A stretch of 64,000 bases of DNA from Eledone cirrhosa. Its lineage: Eukaryota. The notes below the pieces were generated by a model. The model had not been told where the DNA came from and did not search any database. It saw only the letters and a program-made list of their open reading frames with translations. Position numbers and translations under genes: made by a program. Shown here one piece after another: positions 39,401 through 52,400 of the stretch; the first letter of the stretch is position 1, and the number at the start of each line of letters is the position of its first letter. The stretch is from contig CAXHJY010000096.1 in assembly GCA_964016885.1 (NCBI GenBank), positions 186,001 through 250,000 on the forward strand. The letters are read 5' to 3'.

Positions 39401-42400
39401 AGCCGTCCAAGGGGAGATAATTTTCAGCCGTCCAAGGGGAGATAATTTCCCGCCAGGCAAGGGAAGATAATATTTAAAAAAATTAGGCGGAGATAATTTG
39501 TAAAAAAAATCAGGGGGAGATAATTTGTAAAAAAATCAGGGGGAGATAATTTGTAAAAAAAATCAGGGGGAGATAATTTGTAAAAAAAATCAGGGGGGAG
39601 ATAATTTGTAAAAAAAAATCAGGGGTAGATAATTTGTAAAAAAAAATCAGGGGGAGATAATTTGTAAAAAAAATCAAGGGGAGATAATTTCCAGCCGTCG
39701 AAGGGAAGATAATTTCCAGCCCTCCAAGGGGCTATAATTTCCAGCGTCCAAGGGGAGATAATTTCCAGCCAGCGAAGGGGAGATAATTTTTTTTAAAAAA
39801 TCATTGGGAGATTTGTAAAAAAATCAGGGGGAGATAATTTGTAAAAAAAATCAAGGAGAGATAATTTCCAGCCGTCCAAGGGGAGATAATTTTCAGCCGT
39901 CCAAGGGGAGATAATTTCCCGCCAGCCAAGGGAAGATAATATTTAAAAAAATCAGGCGGAGATAATTTATAAAAAAAATCAGGGGGAGATAATTTGTAAA
40001 AAAAATCAGGGGGAGATAATTTGTAAAAAAAAAATCAGGGGGAGATAATTTGTAAAAAAAATCAGGGGGAGATAATTTGTAAAAAAAAATCAGGGGTAGA
40101 TAATTTGTAAAAAAAAATCAGGGGGAGATAATTTGTAAAAAAAATCAGGGGGAGATAATTTGTAAAAAAAAATCAGGGGTAGATAATTTGTAAAAAAAAA
40201 TCAGGGGGAGATAATTTGTAAAAAAAATCAAGGGGAGATAATTTCCAGCCGTCCAAGGGAAGATAATTTCCAGCCCTCCAAGGGGCTATAATTTCCAGCG
40301 TCCAAGGGGAGATAATTTCCAGCCAGCGAAGGGGAGATAATTTTTTTTAAAATATCATTGGGAGATTTGTAAAAAAAATCAGGGGGAGATAATTTGTAAA
40401 AAAAATCAAGGGGAGATAATTTCCAGCCGTCCAAGGGGAGGTAATATCTAGCCGTCCAAGGGGAGATAATTTCCAGCCGTCCAAGGGGAGATAATTTCCA
40501 GCCGTCCAAGGGTAGATAATATCCAGCCGTCCAAGGACATATTTTCCAGCCGTCCAAGGAGAGGTAATTTCTAGCCGTCCAAGGGGAGATAAATTCCAGC
40601 CTCCAAGGGGAGATAATTTCCAGCCAGCCAAGGGGAGATAATTTGTAAAAAAATCAGGGGGAGATAATTTGTAAAAAAAATCAGGGGGAGATAATTTGTA
40701 AAAAAAAATCAGGGGGAGATAATTTGTTAAAAAAAATCAGGGGGAGATAATTTGTAAAAAAAAATCAGGGGGAGATAATTTGTAAAAAAAATCAAGGGGA
40801 GATAATTTCCAGCCGTCCAAGGGGAGATAATTTTCAGCCGTCCAAGGGGAGATAATTTCCCGCCAGCCAAGGGAAGATAATATTTAAAAAAATCAGGCGG
40901 AGATAATTTGTAAAAAAAATCAGGGGGAGATAATTTGTAAAAAATTCAGGGGGAGATAATTTGTAAAAAAAAAATCAGGGGGAGATAATTTGTAAAAAAA
41001 ATCAGGGGGAGATAATTTGTAAAAAAAATCAGGGGTAGATAATTTGTAAAAAAAATCAGGGGGAGATAATTTGTAAAAAAAATGAAAGGGGAGATAATAT
41101 CCAGCCGTCCAAGGGGAGATAATTTCCAGCCGTCCAAGGGGAGATAATTTCCAGCCGTCCAAGGGGAGATAATTTCCATCCTTCCAAGGGGATATAATTT
41201 CCAGCCGTCCAAGGGGAGATAATTTCCCGCCAGCCAAGGGAAGATAATTTTTTAAAAAATCAGGCGGAGATTGTAAAAAAATCAGGGGGGAGATAATTTG
41301 TAAAAAAATCAGGGGGAGATAATTTGTAAAAAAAAATCAGGGGGAGATAATTTGTAAAAAATAATCAGGGGGAGATAATTTGTAAAAAAAAATCAAGGGG
41401 AGATAATTTCCAGCCGTCCAAGGGGAGATAATTTCCATCCTTCCAAGGGGATATAATTTCCAGCCGTCCAAGGGGAGATAATTTCCCGCCAGCCAAGGGA
41501 AGATGATTTTTAAAAAAATCAGGCGGAGATTATAAAAAAAATCAGGGGGGGAGATAATTTGTAAAAAAATCAGGGGGAGATAATTTGTAAAAAAAAAATC
41601 AGGGGGAGATAATTTGTAAAAAAAAATCAGGGGGAGATAATTTGTAAAAAAAAATCAGGGGGAGATAATTTGTAAAAAAAATTAGGCGTAGATAATTTGT
41701 AAAAAAAAATCAGGGGGAGATAATTTGTAAAAAAAAATCAGGGGGAGATAATTTGTTTAAAAAATCAAGGGGAGATAATTTGCAGCCGTCCAAGGGGAGA
41801 TAGTTTTCAGCCGTCCAAGGAGAGGTAATTTCTAGCCGTTCAAGGGGAGATAATTTCCAGCCGTCCAAGGGGAAATAATTTCCAGCCGTCCAAGGGGAGA
41901 TAATTTTTTTTAAAAAATCAGGCGGAGATAATTTGTAAAAAAAATCAGGGGGAGATAATTCGTAAAAAAAAAACAGGGGGAGATAATTTGTAAAAAAAAA
42001 TCAGGGGGAGATAATTTGTAAAAAAAATCAAGGGGAGATAATTTCCAGCCGTCCAAGGGGAGGTAATATCTAGCCGTCCAAGGGGAGATAATTTCCAGCC
42101 GTCCAAGGGGAGATAATTTTTTTTAAAAAATCAGGCGGAGATAATTTGTAAAAAAAATCAGGGGGAGATAATTTGTAAACAAAATCAGGGGGAGATAATT
42201 TGTAAAAAAAAATCAGGGGGAGATAATTTGTAAAAAAAATTAGGCGTAGATAATTTGTAAAAAAAAATCAGGGGGAGATAATTTGTAAAAAAAAATCAGA
42301 GGGAGATAATTTGTTTAAAAAATCAAGGGGAGATAATTTGCAGCCGTCCAAGGGGAGATAATTTTCAGCCGTCCAAGGAGAGGTAATTTCTAGCCGTTCA

Positions 42401-44150
42401 AGGGGAGATAATTTCCAGCCGTCCAAGGGGAGATAATTTCCAGCCGTCCAAGGGGAGATAATTTTTTTTTAAAAATCAGGCGGAGATAATTTGTAAAAAA
42501 AAATCAGGGGGAGATAATTCGTAAAAAAAAATCAGGGGGAGATAATTTGTAAAAAAAATCAAGGAGAGATAATTTCCAGCCGTCCAAGGGGAGATAATTT
42601 CCAGCCGTCCAAGGAGACATATTTTCCAGCCGTCCAAGGCGAGGTAATTTCTAGCCGTCCAAGGGGAGATAAATTCCAGCCTCCAAGGGGAGATAATTTC
42701 CAGCCAGCCAAGTGGAGATAATTTGTAAAAAAATCAGGGGGAGATAATTTGTAAAAAATATCAGGGAGATAATTTGTAAAAAAAAATCAGGGGGAGATAA
42801 TTTGTAAAAAAAATCAGGGGGAGATAATTTGTAAAAAAAAATCAGGGGGAGATAATTTGTAAAAAAAATCAAGGGGTGATAATTTCCAGCCGTCCAAGGG
42901 GAGGTAATATCTAGCCGTCCAAGGGGAGATAATTTCCAGCCGTCCAAGGGGAGATAATTTCCAGCCGTCCAAGGGTAGATAATATCCAGCCGTCCAAGGA
43001 CATATTTTCCAGCCGTCCAAGGAGAGGTAATTTCTAGCCGTCCAAGGGGAGATAAATTCCAGCCTCCAAGGGGAGATAATTTGCAGCCAGCCAAGGGGAG
43101 ATAATTTGTAAAAAAATTAGGGGGAGATAATTTGTAAAAAAAATCAGGGGGAGATAATTTGTAAAAAAAAATCAGGGGGAGATAATTTGTAAAAAAAAAT
43201 CAGGGGGAGATAATTTGTAAAAAAAATCAGGGGGAGATAATTTGTAAAAAAAATCAAGGGGAGATAATTTCCAGCCGTCCAAGGGGAGATAATTTTCAGC
43301 CGTCCAAGAGGAGATAATTTCCCGCCAGCCAAGGGAAGATAATTTTTAAAAAAATCAGGCGGAGATTGTAAAAAAAATCAGGGGGGAGATAATTTGTAAA
43401 AAAATCAGGGGGAGATAATTTGTAAAAAAAAATCAGGGGGAGATAATTTGTAAAAAAAAATCAGGGGGAGATAATTTGTAAAAAAAAATCAGGGGGAGAT
43501 AATTTGTAAAAGAAATCAAGGGGAGATAATTTCCAGCCGTCCAAGGAGAGGTAATTTCTAGCCGTTCAAGGGGAGATAATTTCCAGCCGTCCAAGGGGAG
43601 ATAATTTTCTGCCGTCCAAGGAGAGGTAATTTCTAGCCGTCCGAGGAGAGATAATTTCCAGCCGTCCAAGGGGAGATAATTTCCAGCCGTCCAAGGGGAG
43701 ATAATTTCCAGCCGTCCAAGGAGACATATTTTCCAGCCGTCCAAGGAGAGGTAATTTCTAGCCGTCCAAGGGGAGATAAATTCCAGCCTCCAAGGGGAGA
43801 TAATTTCCAGCCAGCCAAGGGGAGATAATTTGTAAAAAAATCAGGGGGAGATAATTTGCAAAAAAAATCAGGGGGAGATAATTTGTAAAAAAAAATCAGG
43901 GGGAGATAATTTGTAAAAAATAATCAGGGGGAGATAATTTCCAGCCGTCCAAGGGGAGATCATTTTCAGCCGTCCAAGGGGAGATAATTTCCCGCCAGCC
44001 AAGGGAAGATAATATTTAAAAAAATTAGGCGGAGATAATTTGTAAAAAGAATCAGGGGGAGATAATTTGTAAAAAAAATCAGGGGGAGATAATTTGTAAA
44101 AAAAAATCAGGGGTAGATAATTTGTAAAAAAAAATCAGGGGGAGATAATT
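32370..44150 (+). repeat. Tandem ~5.65-6.14-kb higher-order repeat, 2 copies (boundary ~38018)
   Basis: ORF offsets of 5591 (33171/38762), 6061 (34167/40228) and 6143 (36508/42651, 37490/43633). Shared rare variants GAGATAGTTTT, AAAAACAGGG and GAGATTATAAA. Confidence 0.92.
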
Positions 44151-47100
44151 TGTAAAAAAAAATCAGGGGGAGATAATTTGTAAAAAAAATCAAGGGGAGA
44201 TAATTTCCAGCCGTCCAATGGGAGATAATTTTCAGCCGTCCAAGGGGAGATAATTTCCCGCCAGCCAAGGGAGGATAATATTTAAAAAAATCAGGCGGAG
44301 ATAATTTGTAAAAAAAATCAGGGGGAGATAATTTGTAAAAAAAATCAGGGGGAGATAATTTGTAAAAAAAAAATCAGGGGGAGATAATTTGTAAAAAAAA
44401 TCAGGGGGAGATAATTTGTTAAAAAAAATCAGGGGTAGATAATTTGTAAAAAAAATCAGGGGGAGATAATTTGTAAAAAAAAATCAGGGGGAGATAATTT
44501 GTAAAAAAAATGAAAGGGGAGATAATTTCCAGCCGTCCAAGGGGAGATAATTTCCCGCCAGCCAAGGGAAGTTAATATTTAAAAAAATTAGGCGGAGATA
44601 ATTTGTAAAAAAAATCAGGGGGAGATAATTTGTAAAAAAATCAGGGGGAGATAATTTGTAAAAAAAATCAGGGGATGATAATTTGTAAAAAAAATCATGG
44701 GGAGATAATTTGTAAAAAAAAATCAAGCGGAGATAATTTGCAGCCGTCCAAGGGGAGATAATTTCCCGCCAGCCAAGGAGAGATAATATTTAAAAAAATC
44801 AGGCGGAGATAATTTGTAAAAAAAATCAGGGGGAGATAATTTGTAAAAAAAATCAGGGGGAGATAATTTCCAGCCGTCCAAGGGGAGATAATTTTCAGCC
44901 GTCCAAGGAGAGGTAATTTCTAGCCGTCCAAGGGGAGATAATTTCCAGCCGTCCAAGGGAAGATAATTTCCAGCCCTCCAAGGGGCTATAATTTCCAGCG
45001 TCCAAGGGGAGATAATTTCCAGCCAGCGAAGGGGAGATAATTTTTTTTTTAAAAATCAGGGGGAGATAATTTGTAAAAAAAATCAGGGGGAGATAATTTG
45101 TAAAAAAAAATCAGGGGGAGATAATTTGTAAAAAAAAATCAGGGGGAGATAATTTGTAAAAAAAATCAAGGGGAGATAATTTCCAGCCGTGCAAGGGGAG
45201 ATAATTTCCAGCCGTCCAAGGGGAGATAATTTACATCCTTCCAAGGGGAGATAATTTCCAGCCGTCCAAGGGGAGATAATTTCCCGCCAGCCAAGGGAAG
45301 ATAATTTTTAAAAAAATCAGGGGGAGATAATTTGTAAAAAAAAAATCAGGGGGAGATAATTTGTAAAAAAAATCAGGGGGAGATAATTTGTAAAAAAAAT
45401 CAGGGGGAGATAATTTGTAAAAAAATCAGGGGGAGATAATTTGTAAAAAAAAATCAGGGGGAGATAATTTGTAAAAAAAAATCAAGGGGAGATAATTTGT
45501 AAAAAAAAATCAGGGGGAGATAATTTGTAAAAAAAAATCAGGGGGAGATAATTTGTAAAAAAAATCAAGGGGAGATAATTTGCAGCCGTCGAAGGGGAGA
45601 TAATTTTCAGCCGTCCAAGGGAAGATAATTTCCAGCCCTCCAAGGGGCTATAATTTCCAGCGTCCAAGGGGAGATAATTTCCAGCCAGCGAAGGGGAGAT
45701 AATTTTTTTTTATAAAATCAGGGGGAGATAATTTGTAAAAAAAATCAGGGGGAGATAATTTGTAAAAAAAAATCAGGGGGAGATAATTTGTAAAAAGAAA
45801 TCAGGGGGAGATAATTTGTAAAAAAAATCAAGGGGAGATAATTTCCAGCCGTGCAAGGGGAGATAATTTCCAGACGTCCAAGGGGAGATAATTTACATCC
45901 TTCCAAGGGGAGATAATTTCCAGCCGTCCAAGGGGAGATAATTTCCCGCCAGCCAAGGGAAGATAATTTTTAAAAAAATCAGGGGGAGATAATTTGTAAA
46001 AAAAAAATCAGGGGGAGATAATTTGTAAAAAAAAATCAAGGGGAGATAATTTGTAAAAAAAATCAGGGGGAGATAATTTGTAAAAAAAATCAGGGGGAGA
46101 TAATTTGTAAAAAAATCAGGGGGAGATAATTTGTAAAAAAAAAATCAGGGGGAGATAATTTGTAAAAAAAAATCAAGGGGAGATAATTTGTAAAAAAAAA
46201 TCAGGGGGAGATAATTTGTAAAAAAAATCAGGGGGAGATAATTTGTAAAAAAAATCAGGGGGAGATAATTTGTAAAAAAAAATCAGGGGGAGATAATTTG
46301 TAAAAAAAAATCAGGGGGAGATAATTTGTAAAAAAAATCAGGGGGAGATAATTTGTAAAAAAAATCAGGGGGAGATAATTTGTAAAAAAAAATCAGGGGG
46401 AGATAATTTGTAAAAAAAATCAAGGGGAGATAATTTGCAGCCGTCCAAGGGGAGATAATTTTCAGCCGTCCAAGGAGAGATAATTTCTAGCCGTCCAAGG
46501 GGAGATAATTTCCAGCCGTCCAAGGGGAGATAATTTCCAGCCGTCCATGGGGAGATAATTTTTTTTAAAAATCAAGCGGAGATAATTTGTAAAAAAAAAA
46601 TCAGGGGGAGATAATTTGTAAAAAAAATCAAGGGGAGATAATTTCCAGCCGTCCAAGGGAAGATAATTTCCAGCCGTCCAAGGGGAGATAATTTCCAGCC
46701 GTCCAAGGGGAGATAATTTTTTTTTAAAAATCAGGCGGAGATAATTTGTAAAAAAAAAATCAGGGGGAGATAATTTGTAAAAAAAAATCAGGGGGAGATA
46801 ATTTGTAAAAAAAAATCAGGGGGAGATAATTTGTAAAAAAAATCAAGGGGAGATAATTTCCAGCCGTCCAAGGGAAGATAATTTCCAGCCCTCCAAGGGG
46901 CTATAATTTCCAGCGTCCAAGGGGAGATAATTTCCAGCCAGCGAAGGGGAGATAATTTTTTTTTAAAAAATCATGCGGGGATAATTTGTAAAAAAAATCA
47001 GGGGGAGATAATTTGTAAAAAAAATCAAGGGGAGATAATTTCCAGCCGTCCAAAGAGAGATAATTTCTAGCCGTCCAAGGGGAGATAATTTCTAGCCGTC

Positions 47101-48394
47101 CAAGGGGAGATAATTTCCCGCCAGCCAAGGGAAGATAATTTTTTAAAAAATCAGGCGGAGATTGTAAAAAAAATCAGGGGGAGATAATTTGTAAAAAAAT
47201 CAGGGGGAGATAATTTGTAAAAAAAAAATCAGGGGGAGATAATTTGTAAAAAAAAATCAGAGGGAGATAATTTGTAAAAAAAAATCAGGGGGAGATAATT
47301 TGTAAAAAAAATCAGGGGTAGATAATTTGTAAAAAAATCAGGGGGAGATAATTTGTAAAAAAAAATCAGGGGGAGATAATTTGTAAAAAAAATCAAGGGG
47401 AGATAATTTCCAGCCGTCCAAGGGAAGATAATTTCCAGCCGTCCAAGGGAAGATAATTTCCAGCCCTCCAAGGGGCTATAATTTCCAGCGTCCAAGGGGA
47501 GATAATTTCCAGCCAGCGAAGGGGAGATAATTTTTTTTTTAAAAATCAGGGGTAGATAATTTGTAAAAAAAATCAGGGGGAGATAATTTGTAAAAAAAAA
47601 TCAGGGGGAGATAATTTGTAAAAAAAAATCAGGGGGAGATAATTTGTAAAAAAAATCAAGGGGAGATAATTTCCAGCCGTGCAAGGGGAGATAATTTCCA
47701 GCCGTCCAAGGGGAGATAATTTACATCCTTCCAAGGGGAGATAATTTCCAGCCGTCCAAGGGGAGATAATTTCCCGCCAGCCAAGGGAAGATAATTTTTA
47801 AAAAAATCAGGGGGAGATAATTTGTAAAAAAAAAATCAGGGGGAGATAATTTGTAAAAAAAAATCAAGGGGAGATAATTTGTAAAAAAAATCAGGGGGAG
47901 ATAATTTGTAAAAAAAATCAGGGGGAGATAATTTGTAAAAAAATCAGGGGGAGATAATTTGTAAAAAAAAAATCAGGGGGAGATAATTTGTAAAAAAAAA
48001 TCAAGGGGAGATAATTTGTAAAAAAAAATCAGGGGGAGATAATTTGTAAAAAAAATCAGGGGGAGATAATTTGTAAAAAAAATCAGGGGGAGATAATTTG
48101 TAAAAAAAAATCAGGGGGAGATAATTTGTAAAAAAAAATCAGGGGGAGATAATTTGTAAAAAAAATCAGGGGGAGATAATTTGTAAAAAAAATCAGGGGG
48201 AGATAATTTGTAAAAAAAATCAAGGGGAGATAATTTGCAGCCGTCCAAGGGGAGATAATTTTCAGCCGTCCAAGGAGAGGTAATTTCTAGCCGTCCAAGG
48301 GGAGATAATTTCCAGCCGTCCAAGGGGAGATAATTTCCAGCCGTCCAAGGGGAGATAATTTTTTTTTAAAAATCAGGCGGAGATAATTTGTAAA

Positions 48395-48980
48395 AAAAAA
48401 AATCAGGGGGAGATAATTTGTAAAAAAAAATCAGGGGGAGATAATTTGTAAAAAAAAATCAGGGGGAGATAATTTGTAAAAAAAATCAAGGGGAGATAAT
48501 TTCCAGCCGTCCAAGGGAAGATAATTTCCAGCCGTCCAAGGGAAGATAATTTCCAGCCCTCCAAGGGGCTATAATTTCCAGCGTCCAAGGGGAGATAATT
48601 TCCAGCCAGCGAAGGGGAGATAATTTTTTTTTTAAAAATCAGGGGGAGATAATTTGTAAAAAAAATCAGGGGGAGATAATTTGTAAAAAAAAATCAGGGG
48701 GAGATAATTTGTAAAAAAAAATCAGGGGGAGATAATTTGTAAAAAAAAATCAGGGGGAGATAATTTGTAAAAAAAATCAAGGGGAGATAATTTCCAGCCG
48801 TCCAAGGGAAGATAATTTCCAGCCGTCCAAGGGAAGATAATTTCCAGCCCTCCAAGGGGCTATAATTTCCAGCGTCCAAGGGGAGATAATTTCCAGCCAG
48901 CGAAGGGGAGATAATTTTTTTTTTAAAAATCAGGGGGAGATAATTTGTAAAAAAAATCAGGGGGAGATAATTTGTAAAAA
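48395..48980 (+). repeat. Local tandem duplication, period 291 bp
   Basis: Identical ORFs at 48403 and 48694. The GGGGCTATA block occurs at ~48565 and ~48856. Confidence 0.88.
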
Positions 48981-49419
48981 AAAATCAGGGGGAGATAATT
49001 TGTAAAAAAAAATCAGAGGGAGATAATTTGTAAAAAAAATCAAGGGGAGATAATTTCCAGCCGTGCAAGGGGAGATAATTTCCAGCCGTCCAAGGGGAGA
49101 TAATTTACATCCTTCCAAGGGGAGATAATTTCCAGCCGTCCAAGGGGAGATAGTTTCCCGCCAGCCAAGGGAAGATAATTTTTAAAAAAATCAGGGGGAG
49201 ATAATTTGTAAAAAAAAAATCAGGGGGAGATAATTTGTAAAAAAAAATCAAGGGGAGATAATTTGTAAAAAAAATCAGGGGGAGATAATTTGTAAAAAAA
49301 ATCAGGGGGAGATAATTTGTAAAAAAATCAGGGGGAGACAATTTGTAAAAAAAAATCAGGGGGAGATAATTTGTAAAAAAAAATCAAGGGGAGATAATTT
49401 TTAAAAAAAAATCAGGGGG

Positions 49420-52400
49420 AGATAATTTGTAAAAAAAAATCAGGGGGAGATAATTTGTAAAAAAAATCAAGGGGAGATAATTTGCAGCCGTCGAAGGGGA
49501 GATAATTTTCAGCCGTCCAAGGAGAGATAATTTCTAGCCGTCCAAGGGGAGATAATTTCCAGCCGTCCAAGGGGAGATAATTTCCAGCCGTCCAAGGGGA
49601 GATAATTTTTTTTAAAAAATCAAGCGGAGATAATTTGTAAAAAAAAATCAGGGGGAGATAATTTGTAAAAAAAAATCAGGGGGAGATAATTTGTAAAAAA
49701 AATCAAGGGGAGATAATTTCCAGCCGTCCAAGGGAAGATAATTTCCAGCCGTCCAAGGGAAGATAATTTCCAGCCCTCCAAGGGGCTATAATTTCCAGCG
49801 TCCAAGGGGAGATAATTTCCAGCAAGCGAAGGGGAGATAATTTTTTTTTTTTAAATCAGGGGGAGATAATTTGTAAAAAAAATCAGGGGGAGATAATTTG
49901 TAAAAAAAAATCAGGGGGAGATAATTTGTAAAAAAAAATCAGGGGGAGATAATTTGTAAAAAAAATCAAAGGGAGATAATTTCCAGCCGTGCAAGGGGAG
50001 ATAATTTCCAGCCGTCCAAGGGGAGATAATTTACATCCTTCCAAGGGGAGATAATTTCCAGCCGTCCAAGGGGAGATAATTTCCCGCCAGCCAAGGGAAG
50101 ATAATTTTTAAAAAAATCAGGGGGAGATAATTTGTAAAAAAAAAATCAGGGGGAGATAATTTGTAAAAAAAAATCAAGGGGAGATAATTTGTAAAAAAAA
50201 TCAGGGGGAGATAATTTGTAAAAAAAATCAGGGGGAGATAATTTGTAAAAAAATCAGGGGGAGATAATTTGTAAAAAAAAAATCAGGGGGAGATAATTTG
50301 TAAAAAAAAATCAAGGGGAGATAATTTGTAAAAAAAAATCAGGGGGAGATAATTTGTAAAAAAAATCAGGGGGAGATAATTTGTAAAAAAATCAGGGGGA
50401 GATAATTTGTAAAAAAAAATCAGGGGGAGATAATTTGTAAAAAAAAATCAGGGGGAGATAATTTGTAAAAAAAATCAGGGGGAGATAATTTGTAAAAAAA
50501 ATCAGGGGGAGATAATTTGTAAAAAAAATCAAGGGGAGATAATTTGCAGCCGTCCAAGGGGAGATAATTTTCAGCCGTCCAAGGAGAGGTAATTTCTAGC
50601 CGTCCAAGGGGAGATAATTTCCAGCCGTCCAAGGGGAGATAATTTCCAGCCGTCCAAGGGGAGATAATTTTTTTTTAAAAATCAGGCGGAGATAATTTGT
50701 AAAAAAAAAAATCAGGGGGAGATAATTTGTAAAAAAAAATCAGGGGGAGATAATTTGTAAAAAAAAATCAGGGGGAGATAATTTGTAAAAAAAATCAAGG
50801 GGAGATAATTTGCAGCCGTCCAAGGGGAGATAATTTTCAGCCGTCCAAGGAGAGGTAATTTCTAGCCGTCCAAGGGGAGATAAATTCCAGCCTCCAAGGG
50901 GAGATAATTTCCAGCCAGCCAAGGGGAGATAATTTGTAAAAAAATCAGGGGGAGATAATTTGTAAAAAAAATCAGGGGGAGATAATTTGTAACAAAAAAT
51001 CAGGGGGAGATAATTTGTAAAAAAAAATCAGGGGGAGATAATTTGTAAAAAAAATCAGGGGGAGATAATTTGTAAAGAAAATCAAGGGGAGTTAATTTCC
51101 AGCCGTCCAAGGGGAGATAATTTTCATCCGTCCAAGGATAGGTAATTTCTAGCCGTCCAAGGAGAGATAATTTCCAGCCGTCCAAGGGGAGATAATTTCC
51201 AGCCGTCCAAGGGGAGATAATTTTTTTAAAAAAATCAGGCGGAGATAAGTTGTAAAAAAAATCAGGGGGAGATAATTTGTAAAAAAAAATCAGGGGGAGA
51301 TAATTTGTAAAAAAAAATCAGGGGGAGATAATTTGTAAAAAAAATCAAGAGAAGATAATTTCCAGCCGTCCAAGGGAAGATAATTTCCAGCCCTCCAAGG
51401 GGCTATAATTTCCAGCGTCCAAGGGGAGATAATTTCCAGCCAGCGAAGGGGAGATAATTTTAAAAAAAAAATCAGTGGGAGATTTGTAAAAAAAATCAGG
51501 GGGAGATAATTTGTAAAAAAAATCAAGGGGAGATAATTTCCAGCCGTCCAAGGGGAGATAATTTCCAGCCAAGGGGAGATAATTTCCAGCCGTCCAAGGG
51601 AAGATAATATTTAAAAAAATCAGGCGGAGATAATTTGTAAAAAAAATCAGGGGGAGATAATTTGTAAAAAAATCAGGGGGAGATAATTTGTAAAAGAAAA
51701 ATCAGGGGGAGATAATTTGTAAAAAAAATCAGGGGGAGATAATTTGTAAAAAAAATCAGGGGTAGATAATTTGTAAAAAAAAATCAGGGGGAGATAATTT
51801 GTAAAAAAAAATCAGGGGGAGATAATTTGTAAAAAAAATCAAGGGGAGATAATTTGCAGCCGTCCAAGGGGAGATAATTTTCAGCCGTCCAAGGAGAGAT
51901 AATTTCTAGCCGTCCAAGGGGAGATAATTTCCAGCCGTCCAAGGGGAGATAATTTCCAGCCGTCCAAGGGGAGATAATTTTTTTTAAAAAATCAAGCGGA
52001 GATAATTTGTAAAAAAAAAATCAGGGGGAGATAATTTGTAAAAAAAAATCAGGGGGAGATAATTTGTAAAAAAAAATCAGGGGGAGATAATTTGTAAAAA
52101 AAATCAAGGGGAGATAATTTCCAGCCGTCCAAGGGAAGATAATTTCCAGCCGTCCAAGGGAAGATAATTTCCAGCCCTCCAAGGGGCTATAATTTCCAGC
52201 GTCCAAGGGGAGATAATTTCCAGCCAGCGAAGGGGAGATAATTTTTTTTTAAAAAATCAGGGGGAGATAATTTGTAAAAAAAATCAGGGGGAGATAATTT
52301 GTAAAAAAAAATCAGGGGGAGATAATTTGTAAAAAAAAATCAGGGGGAGATAATTTGTAAAAAAAATCAAGGGGAGATAATTTCCAGCCGTGCAAGGGGA

